The notes beneath the pieces are model-generated. The model saw nothing but the letters and a program-made list of their open reading frames with translations, made no database searches and was not told the DNA's origin. DNA of 64,000 nucleotides. Origin: Clostridia bacterium. GTDB lineage: Bacteria > Bacillota > Clostridia > Monoglobales > Monoglobaceae. Location: contig JAFYXL010000004.1 of NCBI GenBank assembly GCA_017546165.1, positions 51,066 through 115,065 of the forward strand. Direction: 5' to 3'. A program made the translations under genes and the position numbers. Position 1 is the stretch's first letter. The number at the start of each line of letters is the position of its first letter. Positions 61,774-64,000 of this stretch are shown here, piece by piece.

Positions 61774-64000
61774 TTACTGCATTTTTTCCAGGCTCTCAAG
61801 AACCTTTTCAAGCATAGCCTTGTATTTTTCACCTTTTTGGCGTTCCTCTTCAACAACTGCTGCGGGAGCCTTGTCAGTAAAACCTTTGTTTGAAAGCTTG
61901 CCTTCAACACGCTTGATTTCGCCCATTAACTTTGTTTTTTCTTTTGTTAAACGCTCAATCTCCTTTTCGCGATCAACAAGCTCGTCCATCGGAAGTAATA
62001 TTTCAGCCTTTGCAGTAACAACCGAAACAGTATTTTCAGGAAGTCCTGTCTTGTCATCTTTGATTTCTGTCTCAGATGCACTTGCCAGTTTTTCAAGGAA
62101 TACTCCGGCTTCTTCAAAAAGAGCTTTTTCTTTTGTTACAACATAGAGTTTAACCTTCTTTGAAGGCGGAACATTCATTTCATTCCTTACATTTCTGATA
62201 CCTTTGATTGCATCCATAATACCAATCATTTCATTTTCGGCTTCCGGATTGCAAAGTTCTTCCATAACCTTAGGCCATTCAGAAATCATAATACTCTCGC
62301 CATCGTGTGGAAGAGCCTGCCATATTTCTTCTGTAATAAACGGCATAAAAGGATGAAGCAGCTTTAATGTATTTGAAAGTACATAGGTTAGTACCATTTG
62401 TGCGGTAGTGTTGCTCTCGCCCTCAGCAAAAAATCTAGGTTTTACAAATTCAATATACCAATCGCAGAATTCATCCCAGATAAAATCATAAAGTTTCTGA
62501 ACCGCTATACCAAGCTCATATTTTTCAAGATTATCAGTAACCTCACGAACAAGTTCATTATATCTGTGAAGTATCCACTTGTCCTCAATATGAAGTTTGT
62601 CTAAAGCAGGAACCTCACACTTGTCGATTGTGAGATTCATCATTACAAATCTTGAAGCATTCCAAATTTTGTTTGCAAAATTACGGCTTGCTTCAACTCT
62701 CTCAAGATAAAATCTCATATCATTACCTGGTGAGTTGCCTGTAGCAAGAGTAAATCTGAGTGCATCTGCGCCATACTTATCAACAATTTCAAGAGGATCA
62801 ATACCGTTTCCTAATGATTTACTCATCTTTCTACCCTGGCTGTCACGAACAAGTCCGTGAATGTAAACGTGTTTGAAAGGAACTTCATCCATATGTTCAA
62901 GGCCTGAGAAAATCATACGTGCAACCCAGAAGAATATAATATCATAACCTGTAACAAGTACAGAAGTTGGATAGAAGTATTCAAGGTCATCAGTTTTTTC
63001 CGGCCAGCCAAGTGTTGAAAATGGCCAAAGAGCTGAGCTGAACCAGGTGTCAAGGACATCATCTTCCTGCTTAACCTTGCCGCCACACTTAGGACATTTG
63101 TCAATATCTGTTTTTGAAACTGTCATTTCGCCACATTCAGCACAATAGAACGCAGGTATTCTATGTCCCCACCAAAGCTGACGGGAAATACACCAATCGT
63201 GAACATTTTCCATCCAGTTCATATATGTTTTTGAAAATCTATCAGGAATAAATGCAACATCGCCGTCTCTTACAACTTTAATAGCCCTTTCAGCAAGGGG
63301 CTGCATTTTTACAAACCACTGATTTGATGTAAGAGGTTCGACAGTAGTTCCGCAACGGTAACACTGTCCCACATTATGTGAATGCTCCTCGATTTTTACG
63401 AGCAATCCCAACTCTTCAAGGTCCTTAACCATTTCACGTCTGGCATCGTATCTGTCCATACCCTCATACTTGCCGCCATATGAATTAATTTTTCCGTCAT
63501 CTGTCATAACTTTAATTTGCTCTAAGTTATGACGAAGACCAACCTCAAAATCGTTAGGGTCGTGTGCAGGTGTAATTTTCACACAGCCTGTACCAAACTC
63601 TTTATCTACATATTCATCTGCAATAACAGGGATTTCTCTGCCAACAAGAGGGAGAATAAGCGTTTTACCAACCAGATCCTTATATCTCTCATCCTCAGGA
63701 TTTACAGCAACTGCAGTATCACCAAGAAGTGTCTCAGGACGTGTGGTTGCTATAATTACAAACTTGTCACTGTCCTTAACAGGATACTTTATATGCCAAA
63801 AGTTGCCTGCCTGCTCTGCGTATTCAACCTCAGCATCGGAAAGAGCTGTCATACAATGTGGACACCAGTTGATAATACGATTGCCCCGGTAAATAAGACC
63901 TTTGTTATAAAGATTAACAAAAACTTCACGCACAGCCTTTGAGCAACCCTCATCCATTGTAAAGCGTTCTCTTTCCCAGTCGCATGAACAACCAAGCTTT
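61774..64000 (-). CDS. valS: valine-tRNA ligase; N-terminal part lies beyond the window
   Basis: KMSKS motif ([10 protein letters not shown]), editing-domain (CP1) region and a C-terminal coiled coil. The frame is open to the window end, and the ORF-track Met at 63957 is internal. Confidence 0.95.
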   Translation of the reverse strand, partial: KLGCSCDWERERFTMDEGCSKAVREVFVNLYNKGLIYRGNRIINWCPHCMTALSDAEVEYAEQAGNFWHIKYPVKDSDKFVIIATTRPETLLGDTAVAVNPEDERYKDLVGKTLILPLVGREIPVIADEYVDKEFGTGCVKITPAHDPNDFEVGLRHNLEQIKVMTDDGKINSYGGKYEGMDRYDARREMVKDLEELGLLVKIEEHSHNVGQCYRCGTTVEPLTSNQWFVKMQPLAERAIKVVRDGDVAFIPDRFSKTYMNWMENVHDWCISRQLWWGHRIPAFYCAECGEMTVSKTDIDKCPKCGGKVKQEDDVLDTWFSSALWPFSTLGWPEKTDDLEYFYPTSVLVTGYDIIFFWVARMIFSGLEHMDEVPFKHVYIHGLVRDSQGRKMSKSLGNGIDPLEIVDKYGADALRFTLATGNSPGNDMRFYLERVEASRNFANKIWNASRFVMMNLTIDKCEVPALDKLHIEDKWILHRYNELVREVTDNLEKYELGIAVQKLYDFIWDEFCDWYIEFVKPRFFAEGESNTTAQMVLTYVLSNTLKLLHPFMPFITEEIWQALPHDGESIMISEWPKVMEELCNPEAENEMIGIMDAIKGIRNVRNEMNVPPSKKVKLYVVTKEKALFEEAGVFLEKLASASETEIKDDKTGLPENTVSVVTAKAEILLPMDELVDREKEIERLTKEKTKLMGEIKRVEGKLSNKGFTDKAPAAVVEEERQKGEKYKAMLEKVLESLEKMQ

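Overview
This window is a dense, almost entirely minus-strand, low-GC stretch of chromosome from a spore-forming Firmicute, most likely a Clostridia-class anaerobe. All calls come from reading motifs by eye, with no database search. About 60 CDS are supportable and nearly all are core housekeeping or sporulation genes. The first block is the conserved Firmicute run thiN-rpe-rsgA-prkC-stp-rlmN-rsmB-fmt-def-priA-coaBC-rpoZ-gmk-remA-yicC. After it come rqcH, hydF, trkH/trkA, spo0A, murT-gatD and spoIVB. Next are hflX with a PBP2-RodA-FHA module, a prsA-like gene, mfd, pth, a cupin-XRE regulator with potABCD, gatCAB and ligA. The window ends with spoIIAA-spoIIAB-sigF and a partial valS. I found no tRNA or rRNA genes, CRISPR arrays, transposases, integrases, phage genes or recognisable defence systems, so I cannot point to a convincing novel multi-gene system. 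Five local oddities are worth a second look. (1) A sigG-type sigma factor gene lacks its first ~95 codons but is otherwise intact, and it sits 17 nt (23 nt to its first ATG) from an EamA transporter gene. (2) A 32-codon, Asn-dominated micro-ORF has its own RBS and terminator, between a gerQ-like gene and spoIVB. (3) A membrane-anchored PP2C-like protein appears to have lost most of its metal-binding Asp residues. (4) A GerQ-like coat protein carries a near-perfect 78-bp tandem repeat. (5) The spoIVB/spo0A arrangement is broken and the spo0A leader has three phased GGA motifs. Several start codons were moved from the ORF-track maximum to RBS-supported internal starts.
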